A DNA stretch of 64,000 nucleotides, taken from NCBI RefSeq assembly GCF_964355755.1, contig NC_092675.1:13015812-13079811 (forward strand). The letters run 5' to 3'. Shown here piece by piece: positions 1 through 12,700 of this stretch. The DNA is from Antedon mediterranea (lineage: Eukaryota > Animalia > Echinodermata). The translations under genes were made by a program, and so were the position numbers. Within the stretch, counting starts at the first letter, position 1. Each line of letters begins with the position of its first letter. Below the pieces are notes generated by a model. It saw only the letters and a program-made list of their open reading frames with translations. It was not told the DNA's origin and ran no database searches.

Positions 1-918
1 ACAAAACTTTTTCACACAAAACACCAAAGTGCTTAGAATAGCTTCAAATCGCATTTGGAGACGTTTTAGACCATTTTGTGATTTCGATGAAACTTGATTA
101 CACAAAAACATCAAAGTGCTTAAAATCACATTATAAACCGTTTTAGACCATTTTGAGCATTTCGATAACACTTTTCACACAAAAACATCAAAGAGCAAAA
201 AATAGCTTAATATCGTATTTAAAAACGTTTTAGACCATTTTGAGCATTTAGACAAAACTTTTTCACACAAAACACCAAAGTGCTTAGAATAGCTTCAAAT
301 TGCATTTGGAGACGTTTTAGAACATTTTGTGTTTTTCGAAAAAAACTGTTAACATAAAAACACCAAAGTGCTTAGAATAGCTTCAAATCGCATTTGGAGA
401 CGTTTTAGAACATTTTGTGTTCTTCGAAAAAACCTGTTAACATAAAAACACCAAAGTGCTTAGAATAGCTTCAAATCGCATTTGGAGACGTTTTAGACCA
501 TTTTGTGATTTTTGAAAAAACTTGTTAACATAAAAACACCAAAGTGCTTAGAATAGCTTCAAATCACATTTGGAGACGTTTTAGACCATTTTGTGATTTT
601 CGAAAAAACTTGTTAACATAAAAACACGAAAGTGCTTAGAATAGCTTCAAATCGCATTTGGAAACGTTTTAGACCATTTTGTGATTTTCGAAAAAGATTG
701 TTAACATAAAAACACCAAAGTGCTTAGAATCACAATATAAACCGTTTTAGACCATTTTGAGCATTTCGATAACAATTTTCACACAAAAACATCAAAGAGC
801 ACAAAATAGCTTAATATCGTATTTAAAAATGTTTTAGACCATTTTGAGCATTTAGATAAAATTTTTCACACAAAACACCAAAGTGCTTAGAATAGCTTTA
901 AATCGCATTTGGAGACGG

Positions 919-3712
919 TTTAGACCATTTTGTGATTTTGAAAAAACTTGTTAACATAAAAACACCAAAGTGCTTAGAATAGCTTCAAATCGTATTTGGA
1001 GACGTTTTAGACCATTTTGAGATTTTCGAAAAAACTTGGTTACACAAAAACATCAAAGTGCTTAAAATCACATTATAAACCGTTTTAGACCATTTTGAAC
1101 ATTTCGATAACACTTTTCACACAAAAACATCAAAGAGCACAAAATAGCTTAATATCGTATTTAAAAACGTTTTAGACCATTTTGAGCATTTCGACAAAAC
1201 TTTTTCACACAAAACACCAAAGTGCTTAGAATAGCTTCAAATCGCATTTGGAGACGTTTTAGACCAATTTGTGCATTTCGATGAAACTTGATTACACAAA
1301 AACATCAACGTGCTTAAAATCACATTATAAACCGTTTTAGACCATTTTGAGCATTTCGATAACACTTTTCACACAAAAACATCAAAGAGCACAAAATAGC
1401 TTAATATCGTATTTAAAAACGTTTTAGACCATTTTGAGCATTTAGACAAAACTTTTTCACACAAAACACCAAAGTGCTTAGAATAGCTTCAAATCGCATT
1501 TGGAGACGTTTTAGACCATTTTGTGCATTTCGATGAAACTTGGTTACACAAAAACATCAAAGTGCTTAAAATCACATTATAAATCGTTTTAGACCATTTT
1601 GAGCATTTCGACAAAACTTTTTCACACAAAATACCAAAGGGCTTAGAATAGCTTCAAATCGCATTTGGAGACGTTTTAGACCATTTTGTGATTTTCGAAA
1701 AAACTTTTTAACATAAAAAGACCAAAGTGCTTAGAATAGCTTCAAATCACATTTGGAGACGTTTTAGACCATTTTGTGATTTTCGAAAAAACTTGTTAAC
1801 ATAAAAACACGAAAGTGCTTAGAATAGCTTCAAATCGCATTTGGAAACGTTTTAGACCATTTTGTGATTTTCGAAAAAAATTGTTAACATAAAAACACCA
1901 AAGTGCTTAGAATCACATTATAAACCGTTTTAGACCATTTTGAGCATTTCGATAACAATTTTCACACAAAAACATCAAAGAGCACAAAATAGCTTAATAT
2001 CGTATTTAAAAATGTTTTAGACCATTTTGAGCATTTAGATAAAACTTTTTCACACAAAACACCAAAGTGCTTAGAATAGCTTCAAATCGCATTTGGAGAC
2101 GTTTTAGACCATTTTGTGATTTTTGAAAAAACTTGTTAACATAAAAACACCAAAGTGCTTAGAATAGCTTCAAATCACATTTGGAGACGTTTTAGACCAT
2201 TTTGTGATTTTCGAAAAAACTTATCAACATAAAAACACCAAAGGGTTTAGAATAGCTTCAAATCGCATTTGGAGACGTTTTAGACCATTTTGTGATTTTG
2301 AAAAAACTTGTTAACATAAAAACACCAAAGTGCTTAGAATAGCTTCAAATCGTATTTGGAGACGTTTTAGACCATTTTGAGATTTTCGAAAAAACTTGGT
2401 TACACAAAAACATCAAAGTGCTTAAAATCACATTATAAACCGTTTTAGACCATTTTGAACATTTCGATAACACTTTTCACACAAAAACATCAAAGAGCAC
2501 AAAATAGCTTAATATCGTATTTAAAAACGTTTTAGACCATTTTGAGCATTTCGACAAAACTTTTTCACACAAAACACCAAAGTGCTTAGAATAGCTTCAA
2601 ATCGCATTTGGAGACGTTTTAGACCAATTTGTGCATTTCGATGAAACTTGATTACACAAAAACATCAACGTGCTTAAAATCACATTATAAACCGTTTTAG
2701 ACCATTTTGAGCATTTCGATAACACTTTTCACACAAAAACATCAAAGAGCACAAAATAGCTTAATATCGTATTTAAAAACGTTTTAGACCATTTTGAGCA
2801 TTTAGACAAAACTTTTTCACACAAAACACCAAAGTGCTTAGAATAGCTTCAAATCGCATTTGGAGACGTTTTAGACCATTTTGTGCATTTCGATGAAACT
2901 TGGTTACACAAAAACATCAAAGTGCTTAAAATCACATTATAAATCGTTTTAGACCATTTTGAGCATTTCGACAAAACTTTTTCACACAAAATACCAAAGG
3001 GCTTAGAATAGCTTCAAATCGCATTTGGAGACGTTTTAGACCATTTTGTGATTTTCGAAAAAACTTTTTAACATAAAAAGACCAAAGTGCTTAGAATAGC
3101 TTCAAATCACATTTGGAGACGTTTTAGACCATTTTGTGATTTTCGAAAAAACTTGTTAACATAAAAACACGAAAGTGCTTAGAATAGCTTCAAATCGCAT
3201 TTGGAAACGTTTTAGACCATTTTGTGATTTTCGAAAAAAATTGTTAACATAAAAACACCAAAGTGCTTAGAATCACATTATAAACCGTTTTAGACCATTT
3301 TGAGCATTTCGATAACAATTTTCACACAAAAACATCAAAGAGCACAAAATAGCTTAATATCGTATTTAAAAATGTTTTAGACCATTTTGAGCATTTAGAT
3401 AAAACTTTTTCACACAAAACACCAAAGTGCTTAGAATAGCTTCAAATCGCATTTGGAGACGTTTTAGACCATTTTGTGATTTTTGAAAAAACTTGTTAAC
3501 ATAAAAACACCAAAGTGCTTAGAATAGCTTCAAATCACATTTGGAGACGTTTTAGACCATTTTGTGATTTTCGAAAAAACTTATCAACATAAAAACACCA
3601 AAGGGTTTAGAATAGCTTCAAATCGCATTTGGAGACGTTTTAGACCATTTTGTGATTTTGAAAAAACTTGTTAACATAAAAACACCAAAGTGCTTAGAAT
3701 AGCTTCAAATCG
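919..3712. repeat. Near-perfect tandem higher-order duplication, period 1360 bp (about 16 monomers)
   Basis: Spot checks match at a +1360 offset (961/2321, 1261/2621, 1621/2981, 2221/3581), including rare variants CATCAACGTG, ACCAAAGGGC and AAAAAGACC. Mismatches bound the block at 918/2278 and 2353/3713. Confidence 0.88.
1219..1470. repeat. Example of the 252-bp D-B-C trimer unit that recurs throughout the array
   Basis: 88+77+87 = 252 bp between equivalent AAAGTG starts at 1219 and 1471. The order D-B-C recurs many times across the window. Confidence 0.9.
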
Positions 3713-6700
3713 CATTTGGAGACGTTTTAGACTATTTTGTGATTTTCGAAAAAACTTGTTAACATAAAAACACCAAAGTGCTTAGAATAGCTTCAAATCG
3801 TATTTGGAGACGTTTTAGACCATTTTGAGATTTTCGAAAAAACTTGGTTACACAAAAACATCAAAGTGCTTAAAATCACATTATAAACCGTTTTAGACCA
3901 TTTTGAGAATTTCGATAACACTTTTCACACAAAAACATCAAAGAGCACAAAATAGCTTAATATCGTATTTAAAAACGTTTTAGACCATTTTGAGCATTTC
4001 GACAAAACTTTTTCACACAAAACACCAAAGTGCTTAGAAAAGCTTCAAATCGCATTTGGAGACGTTTTAGACCAAATTGTGCATTTCGATGAAACTTGAT
4101 TACACAAAAACATCAAAGTTCTTAAAATCACATTATAAACCGTTTTAGACCATTTTGAGCATTTCGATAACACTTTTCACACAAAAACATCAAAGAGCAC
4201 AAAATAGCTTAATATCGTATTTAAAAACGTTTTAGACCATTTTGAGCATTTAGACAAAACTTTTTCACACAAAACACCAAAGTGCTTAGAATAGCTTCAA
4301 ATCGCATTTGGAGACGTTTTAGACCATTTTGTGCATTTCGATGAAACTTGGTTACACAAAAACATCAAAGTGCTTAAAATCACATTATAAATCGTTTTAG
4401 ACCATTTTGAGCATTTCGACAAAACTTTTTCACACAAAATACCAAAGTGCTTAGAATAGCTTCAAATCGCATTTGGAGACGTTTTAGACCATTTTGTGAT
4501 TTTCGAAAAAACTTTTTAACATAAAAACACCAAAGTGCTTAGAATAGCTTCAAATCACATTTGGAGACATTTTAGACCATAAGTGCTTAGAATCACATTA
4601 TAAACCGTTTTAGACCATTTTGAGCATTTCGATAACAATTTTCACACAAAAACATCAAAGAGCACAAAATAGCTTAATATCGTATTTAAAAATGTTTTAG
4701 ACCATTTTGAGCATTTAGATAAAACTTTTTCACACAAAACACCAAAGTGCTTAGAATAGCTTCAAATCGCATTTGGAGACGTTTTAGACCAATTTGTGAT
4801 TTTTGAAAAAACTTGTTAACATAAAAACACCAAAGTGCTTAGAATAGCTTCAAATCACATTTGGAGACGTTTTAGACCATTTTGTGATTTTGAACAAACT
4901 TGTTAACATAAAAACACCAAAGTGCTTAGAATAGCTTCAAATCGTATTTGGAGACGTTTTAGACCATTTTGAGATTTTCGAAAAAACTTGGTTACACAAA
5001 AACATCAAAGTGCTTAAAATCACATTATAAACCGTTTTAGACCATTTTGAGCATTTCGATAACACTTTTCACACAAAAACATCAAAGAGCACAAAATAGC
5101 TTAATATCGTATTTAAAAACGTTTTAGACCATTTTGAGCATCTCGACAAAACTTTTTCACACAAAACACCAAAGTGCTTAGAATAGCTTCAAATCGCATT
5201 TGGAGACGTTTTAGACCAATTTGTGCATTTCGATGAAACTTGATTACACAAAAACATCAAAGTGCTTAAAATCACATTATAAACCGTTTTAGACCATTTT
5301 GAGCATTTCGATAACACTTTTCACACAAAAACATCAAAGAGCACAAAATAGCTTAATATCGTATTTAAAAACGTTTTAGACCATTTTGAGCATTTAGACA
5401 AAACTTTTTCACACAAAACACCAAAGTGCTTAGAATGGCTTCAAATCGCATTTGGAGACGTTTTAGACCATTTTGTGCATTTCGATGAAACTTGGTTACA
5501 CAAAAACATCAAAGTGCTTAAAATCACATTATAAATCGTTTTAGACCATTTTGAGCATTTCGACAAAACTTTTTCACACAAAATACCAAAGTGCTTAGAA
5601 TAGCTTCAAATCGCATTTGGAGACGTTTTAGACCATTTTGTGATTTTCGAAAAAACTTTTTAACATAAAAACACCAAAGTGCTTAGAATAGCTTCAAATC
5701 ACATTTGGAGACATTTTAGACCATTTTGTGATTTTCGAAAAAACTTGTTAACATAAAAACACGAAAGTGCTTAGAATAGCTTCAAATCGCATTTGGAAAC
5801 GTTTTAGACCATTTTGTGATTTTCGAAAAAACTTGTTAACATAAAAACACGAAAGTGCTTAGAATAGCTTCAAATCGCATTTGGAAACGTTTTAGACCAT
5901 TTTGTGATTTTCGAAAAAAATTGTTAACATAAAAACACTAAAGTGTTTAGAATAGCTTCAAATCGCATTTGGAGACGTTTTAGACCAATTTGTGATTTTC
6001 GAAAAAACTTATCAACATAAAAACACCAAAGGGTTTAGAATAGCTTCAAATCGCATTTGGAGACGTTTTAGACCATTTTGTGATTTTGAAAAAACTTGTT
6101 AACATAAAAACACCAAAGTGCTTAGAATAGCTTCAAATCGCATTTGGAGACGTTTTAGACCATTTTGTGATTTTCGAAAAAACTTGTTAACATAAAAACA
6201 CCAAAGTGCTTAGAATAGCTTCAAATCGTATTTGGAGACGTTTTAGACCATTTTGAGATTTTCGAAAAAACTTGGTTACACAAAAACATCAAAGTGCTTA
6301 AAATCATATTATAAACCGTTTTAGACCATTTTGAGCATTTCGGTAACACTTTTTACACAAAAACATCAAAGAGCACAAAATAGCTTAATATCGTATTTAA
6401 AAACGTTTTAGACCATTTTGAGCATTTAGACAAAACTTTTTCACACAAAACACCAAAGTGCTTAGAATAGCTTCAAATCGCATTTGGAGACGTTTTAGAC
6501 CATTTTGTGCATTTCGATGAAACTTGGTTACACAAAAACATCAAAGTGCTTAAAATCACATTATAAATCGTTTTAGACCATTTTGAGCATTTCGACAAAA
6601 CTTTTTCACACAAAATACCAAAGTGCTTAGAATAGCTTCAAATCGCATTTGGAGACGTTTTAGACCATTTTGTGATTTTCGAAAAAACTTTTTAACATAA

Positions 6701-9700
6701 AAACACCAAAGTGCTTAGAATAGCTTCAAATCACATTTGGAGACGTTTTAGACCATAAGTGCTTAGAATCACATTATAAACCGTTTTAGACCATTTTGAG
6801 CATTTCGATAACAATTTTCACACAAAAACATCAAAGAGCACAAAATAGCTTAATATCGTATTTAAAAATGTTTTAGACCATTTTGAGCATTTAGATAAAA
6901 CTTTTTCACACAAAACACCAAAGTGCTTAGAATAGCTTCAAATCGCATTTGGAGACGTTTTAGACCATTTTGTGATTTTTGAAGAAACTTGTTAACATAA
7001 AAACACCAAAGTGCTTAGAATAGCTTCAAATCACATTTGGAGACGTTTTAGACCATTTTGTGATTTTCGAAAAAACTTGTTAACATAAAAACACGAAAGT
7101 GCTTAGAATAGCTTCAAATCGCATTTGGAAACGTTTTAGACCATTTAGTGATTTTCGAAAAAACTTGTTAACATAAAAACACGAAAGTGCTTAGAATAGC
7201 TTCAAATCGCATTTGGAAACGTTTTAGACCATTTTGTGATTTTCGAAAAAAATTGTTAACATAAAAACACCAAAGTGTTTAGAATAGCTTCAAATCGCAT
7301 TTGGAGACGTTTTAGACCAATTTGTGATTTTCGAAAAAACTTATCAACATAAAAACACCAAAGGGTTTAGAATAGCTTCAAATCGCATTTGGAGACGTTT
7401 TAGACCATTTTGTGATTTTCGAAAAAACTTGTTAACATAAAAACATGAAAGTGCTTAGAATAGCTTCAAATCGTATTTGGAGACGTTTTAGACCATTTTG
7501 TGATTTCGAAAAAACTTGTTAACATAAAAACACCAATGTGCTTAGAATAGCTTCAAATCGCATTTTGAGACGTTTTAGACCATTTTGTGCATTTCGATGA
7601 AACTTGGTTACACAAAAACATCAAAGTGCTTAAAATCACATTATAAACCATTTTAGACCATTTTGAGCATTTCGATAACACTTTTCACACAAAAACATCA
7701 AAGAGCACAAAATAGCTTAATATCGTATTTAAAAACGTTTTAGACCATTTTGAGCATTTCGACAAAACTTTTTCACACAAAACACCAAAGTGCTTAGAAT
7801 AGCTTCAAATCGCATTTAGAGACGTTTTAGACCATTTTGTGATTTTCGAAAAAACTTGTTAACATAAAAACATCAAAGTGTACAGAATAACTTCAAATCG
7901 CATTTGGAGACCGTTTTAGGCCAATTTGTGATTTTCGAAAAAACTTGTTAACCTAAAAATACCAAAGTGTTTAGAATAGCTTCAAATCGCATTTGGAGAC
8001 GTTTTAGAACATTTTGTGATTTTCGAAAAAACTTGTTAACATAAAAACACCAAAGTGCTTCAAATCGCATTTGGAGACATTTTAGACCAATTTGTGATTT
8101 TTGAAAAAACTTGTTAACATAAAAACACCAAAGTGCTTACAATAGCTTCAAATCGTATTTGGAGACGTTTTAGACCATTTTGTGATTTTCGAAAAAACTT
8201 GTTAACATAAAAACACCAAAGTACTTAGAATAGCTTCAAATCGCATTTGGAGACGTTTTAGACCATTTTATGCATTTCGATGAAACTTGGTTACACAAAA
8301 ACATCAAAGTGCTTAAAATCACATTATAATCCGTTTTAGACCATTTTGAGCATTTCGATAACACTTTTCACACAAAAACATCAAAGAGCACAAAATAGCT
8401 TAATATCGTATTTAAAAACTTTTTAGACCATTTTGAGCATTTCGACAAAACTTTTTCACACAAAACACCAAAGTGCTTAGAATAGCTTCAAATCGCATTT
8501 GGAGACGTTTTAGACCATTTTGTGATTTTCGAAAAAAATTGTTAACATAAAAACACCAAAGTGCTTAGAATAGCTTCAAATCGTATTTGGAGACGTTTTA
8601 GACCATTTTGAGATTTTCGAAAAAACTTGGTTACACAAAAACATCAAAGTGCTTAAAATCACATTATAAACCGTTTTAGACCATTTTGAACATTTCGATA
8701 ACACTTTTCACACAAAAACATCAAAGAGCACAAAATAGCTTAATATCGTATTTAAAAACGTTTTAGACCATTTTGAGCATTTCGACAAAACTTTTTCACA
8801 CAAAACACCAAAGTGCTTAGAATAGCTTCAAATCGCATTTGGAGACGTTTTAGACCAATTTGTGCATTTCGATGAAACTTGATTACACAAAAACATCAAC
8901 GTGCTTAAAATCACATTATAAACCGTTTTAGACCATTTTGAGCATTTCGATAACACTTTTCACACAAAAACATCAAAGAGCACAAAATAGCTTAATATCG
9001 TATTTAAAAACGTTTTAGACCATTTTGAGCATTTAGACAAAACTTTTTCACACAAAACACCAAAGTGCTTAGAATAGCTTCAAATCGCATTTGGAGACGT
9101 TTTAGACCATTTTGTGCATTTCGATGAAACTTGGTTACACAAAAACATCAAAGTGCTTAAAATCACATTATAAATCGTTTTAGACCATTTTGAGCATTTC
9201 GACAAAACTTTTTCACACCAAATACCAAAGGACTTAGAATAGCTTCAAATCGCATTTGGAGACGTTTTAGACCATTTTGTGATTTTCGAAAAAACTTTTT
9301 AACATAAAAACACCAAAGTGCTTAGAATAGCTTCAAATCACATTTGGAGACGTTTTAGACCATTTTGTGATTTTCGAAAAAACTTGTTAACATAAAAACA
9401 CGAAAGTGCTTAGAATAGCTTCAAATCGCATTTGGAAACGTTTTAGACCATTTAGTGATTTTCGAAAAAACTTGTTAACATAAAAACACGAAAGTGCTTA
9501 GAATAGCTTCAAATCGCATTTGGAAACGTTTTAGACCATTTTGTGATTTTCGAAAAAAATTGTTAACATAAAAACACCAAAGTGTTTAGAATAGCTTCAA
9601 ATCGCATTTGGAGACGTTTTAGACCAATTTGTGATTTTCGAAAAAACTTATCAACATAAAAACACCAAAGGGTTTAGAATAGCTTCAAATCGCATTTGGA

Positions 9701-12700
9701 GACGTTTTAGACCATTTTGTGATTTTCGAAAAAACTTGTTAACATAAAAACACGAAAGTGCTTAGAATAGCTTCAAATCGCATTTGGAAACGTTTTAAAC
9801 CATTTTGTGATTTTCGAAAAAACTTGTTAACATAAAAACATGAAAGTGCTTAGAATAGCTTCAAATCGTATTTGGAGACGTTTTAGACCATTTTGTGATT
9901 TTCGAAAAAACTTGTTAACATAAAAACACCAATGTGCTTAGAATAGCTTCAAATCGCATTTTGAGACGTTTTAGACCATTTTGTGCATTTCGATGAAACT
10001 TGGTTACACAAAAACATCAAAGTGCTTAAAATCACATTATAAACCATTTTAGACCATTTTGAGCATTTCTATAACACTTTTCACACAAAAACATCAAAGA
10101 GCACAAAATAGCTTAATATCGTATTTAAAAACGTTTTAGACCATTTTGAGCATTTCGACAAAACTTTTTCACAAAAAACACCAAAGTGCTTAGAATAGCT
10201 TCAAATCGCATTTGGAGACGTTTTAGACCATTTTGTGATTTTCGAAAAAACTTGTTAACATAAAAACATCAAAGTGTACAGAATAACTTCAAATCGCATT
10301 TGGAGACCGTTTTAGGCCAATTTGTGATTTTCGAAAAAACTTGTTAACCTAAAAATACCAAAGTGTTTAGAATAGCTTCAAATCGCATTTGGAGACGTTT
10401 TAGAACATTTTGTGATTTTCGAAAAAACTTGTTAACATAAAAACACCAAAGTGCTTCAAATCGCATTTGGAGACATTTTAGACCAATTTGTGATTTTTGA
10501 AAAAACTTGTTAACATAAAAACACCAAAGTGCTTACAATAGCTTCAAATAGTATTTGGAGACGTTTTAGACCATTTTGTGATTTTCGAAAAAACTTGTTA
10601 ACATAAAAACACCAAAGTACTTAGAATAGCTTCAAATCGCATTTGGAGACGTTTTAGACCATTTTATGCATTTCGATGAAACTTGGTTACACAAAAACAT
10701 CAAAGTGCTTAAAATCACATTATAATCCGTTTTAGACCATTTTGAGCATTTCGATAACACTTTTCACACAAAAACATCAAAGAGCACAAAATAGCTTAAT
10801 ATCGTATTTAAAAACTTTTTAGACCATTTTGAGCATTTCGACAAAACTTTTTCACACAAAACACCAAAGTGCTTAGAATAGCTTCAAATCGCATTTGGAG
10901 ACGTTTTAGACCATTTTGTGATTTTCGAAAAAAATTGTTAACATAAAAACATCAAAGTGTACAGAATAGCTTCAAATCGCATTTGGAGACCGTTTTAGGC
11001 CAATTTGTGATTTTCGAAAAAACTTGTTAACCTAAAAATACCAAAGTGTTTAGAATAGCTTCAAATCGCATTTGGAGACGTTTTAGACCATTTTGTGATT
11101 TTCGACAAAACTTGTTAACATAAAAACACCAAAGTGCTTCAAATCGCATTTGAGACATTTTAGACCAATTTGTGATTTTTGAAAAAACTTGTTAACATAA
11201 AAACACCAAAGTGCTTACAATAGCTTCAAATCGTATTTGGAGACGTTTTAGACCATTTTGTGATTTTCGAAAAAACTTGTTAACATAAAAACACCAAAGT
11301 ACTTAGAATAGCTTCAAATCGCATTTGGAGACGTTTTAGACCATTTTATGCATTTCGATGAAACTTGGTTACACAAAAACATCAAAGTGCTTAAAATCAC
11401 ATTATAATCCGTTTTAGACCATTTTGAGCATTTCGATAACACTTTTCACACAAAAACATCAAAGAGCACAAAATAGCTTAATATCGTATTTAAAAACGTT
11501 TTAGACCATTTTGAGCATTTAGACAAAACTTTTTCACACAAAACACCAAAGTGCTTAGAATAGCTTCAAATCGCATTTGGAGACGTTTTAGAACATTTTG
11601 TGTTTTTCGAAAAAAACTGTTAACATAAAAACACCAAAGTGCTTAGAATAGCTTCAAATCGCATTTGGAGACGTTTTAGAACATTTTGTGTTCTTCGAAA
11701 AAACCTGTTAACATAAAAACACCAAAGTGCTTAGAATAGCTTCAAATCGCATTTGGAGACGTTTTAGACCATTTTGTGATTTTTGAAAAAACTTGTTAAC
11801 ATAAAAACACCAAAGTGCTTAGAATAGCTTCAAATCACATTTGGAGACGTTTTAGACCATTTTGTGATTTTCGAAAAAACTTGTTAACATAAAAACACGA
11901 AAGTGGTTAGAATAGCTTCAAATCGCATTTGGAAACGTTTTAGACCATTTTGTGATTTTCGAAAAAGATTGTTAACATAAAAACACCAAAGTGCTTAGAA
12001 TCACAATATAAACCGTTTTAGACCATTTTGAGCATTTCGATAACAATTTTCACACAAAAACATCAAAGAGCACAAAATAGCTTAATATCGTATTTAAAAA
12101 TGTTTTAGACAATTTTGAGCATTTAGATAAAACTTTTTCACACAAAACACCAAAGTGCTTAGAATAGCTTCAAATCGCATTTGGAGACGGTTTAGACCAT
12201 TTTGTGATTTTGAAAAAACTTGTTAACATAAAAACACCAAAGTGCTTAGAATAGCTTCAAATCGTATTTGGAGACGTTTTAGACCATTTTGAGATTTTCG
12301 AAAAAACTTGGTTACACAAAAACATCAAAGTGCTTAAAATCACATTATAAACCGTTTTAGACCATTTTGAACATTTCGATAACACTTTTCACACAAAAAC
12401 ATCAAAGAGCACAAAATAGCTTAATATCGTATTTAAAAACGTTTTAGACCATTTTGAGCATTTCGACAAAACTTTTTCACACAAAACACCAAAGTGCTTA
12501 GAATAGCTTCAAATCGCATTTGGAGACGTTTTAGACCAATTTGTGCATTTCGATGAAACTTGATTACACAAAAACATCAACGTGCTTAAAATCACATTAT
12601 AAACCGTTTTAGACCATTTTGAGCATTTCGATAACACTTTTCACACAAAAACATCAAAGAGCACAAAATAGCTTAATATCGTATTTAAAAACGTTTTAGA

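Noticed and set aside
598-614. CENP-B box (TTCGNNNNANNCGGG) at TTTCGAAAAAACTTGTT
   Set aside because: Only the TTCG....A half matches. The essential CGGG is absent.
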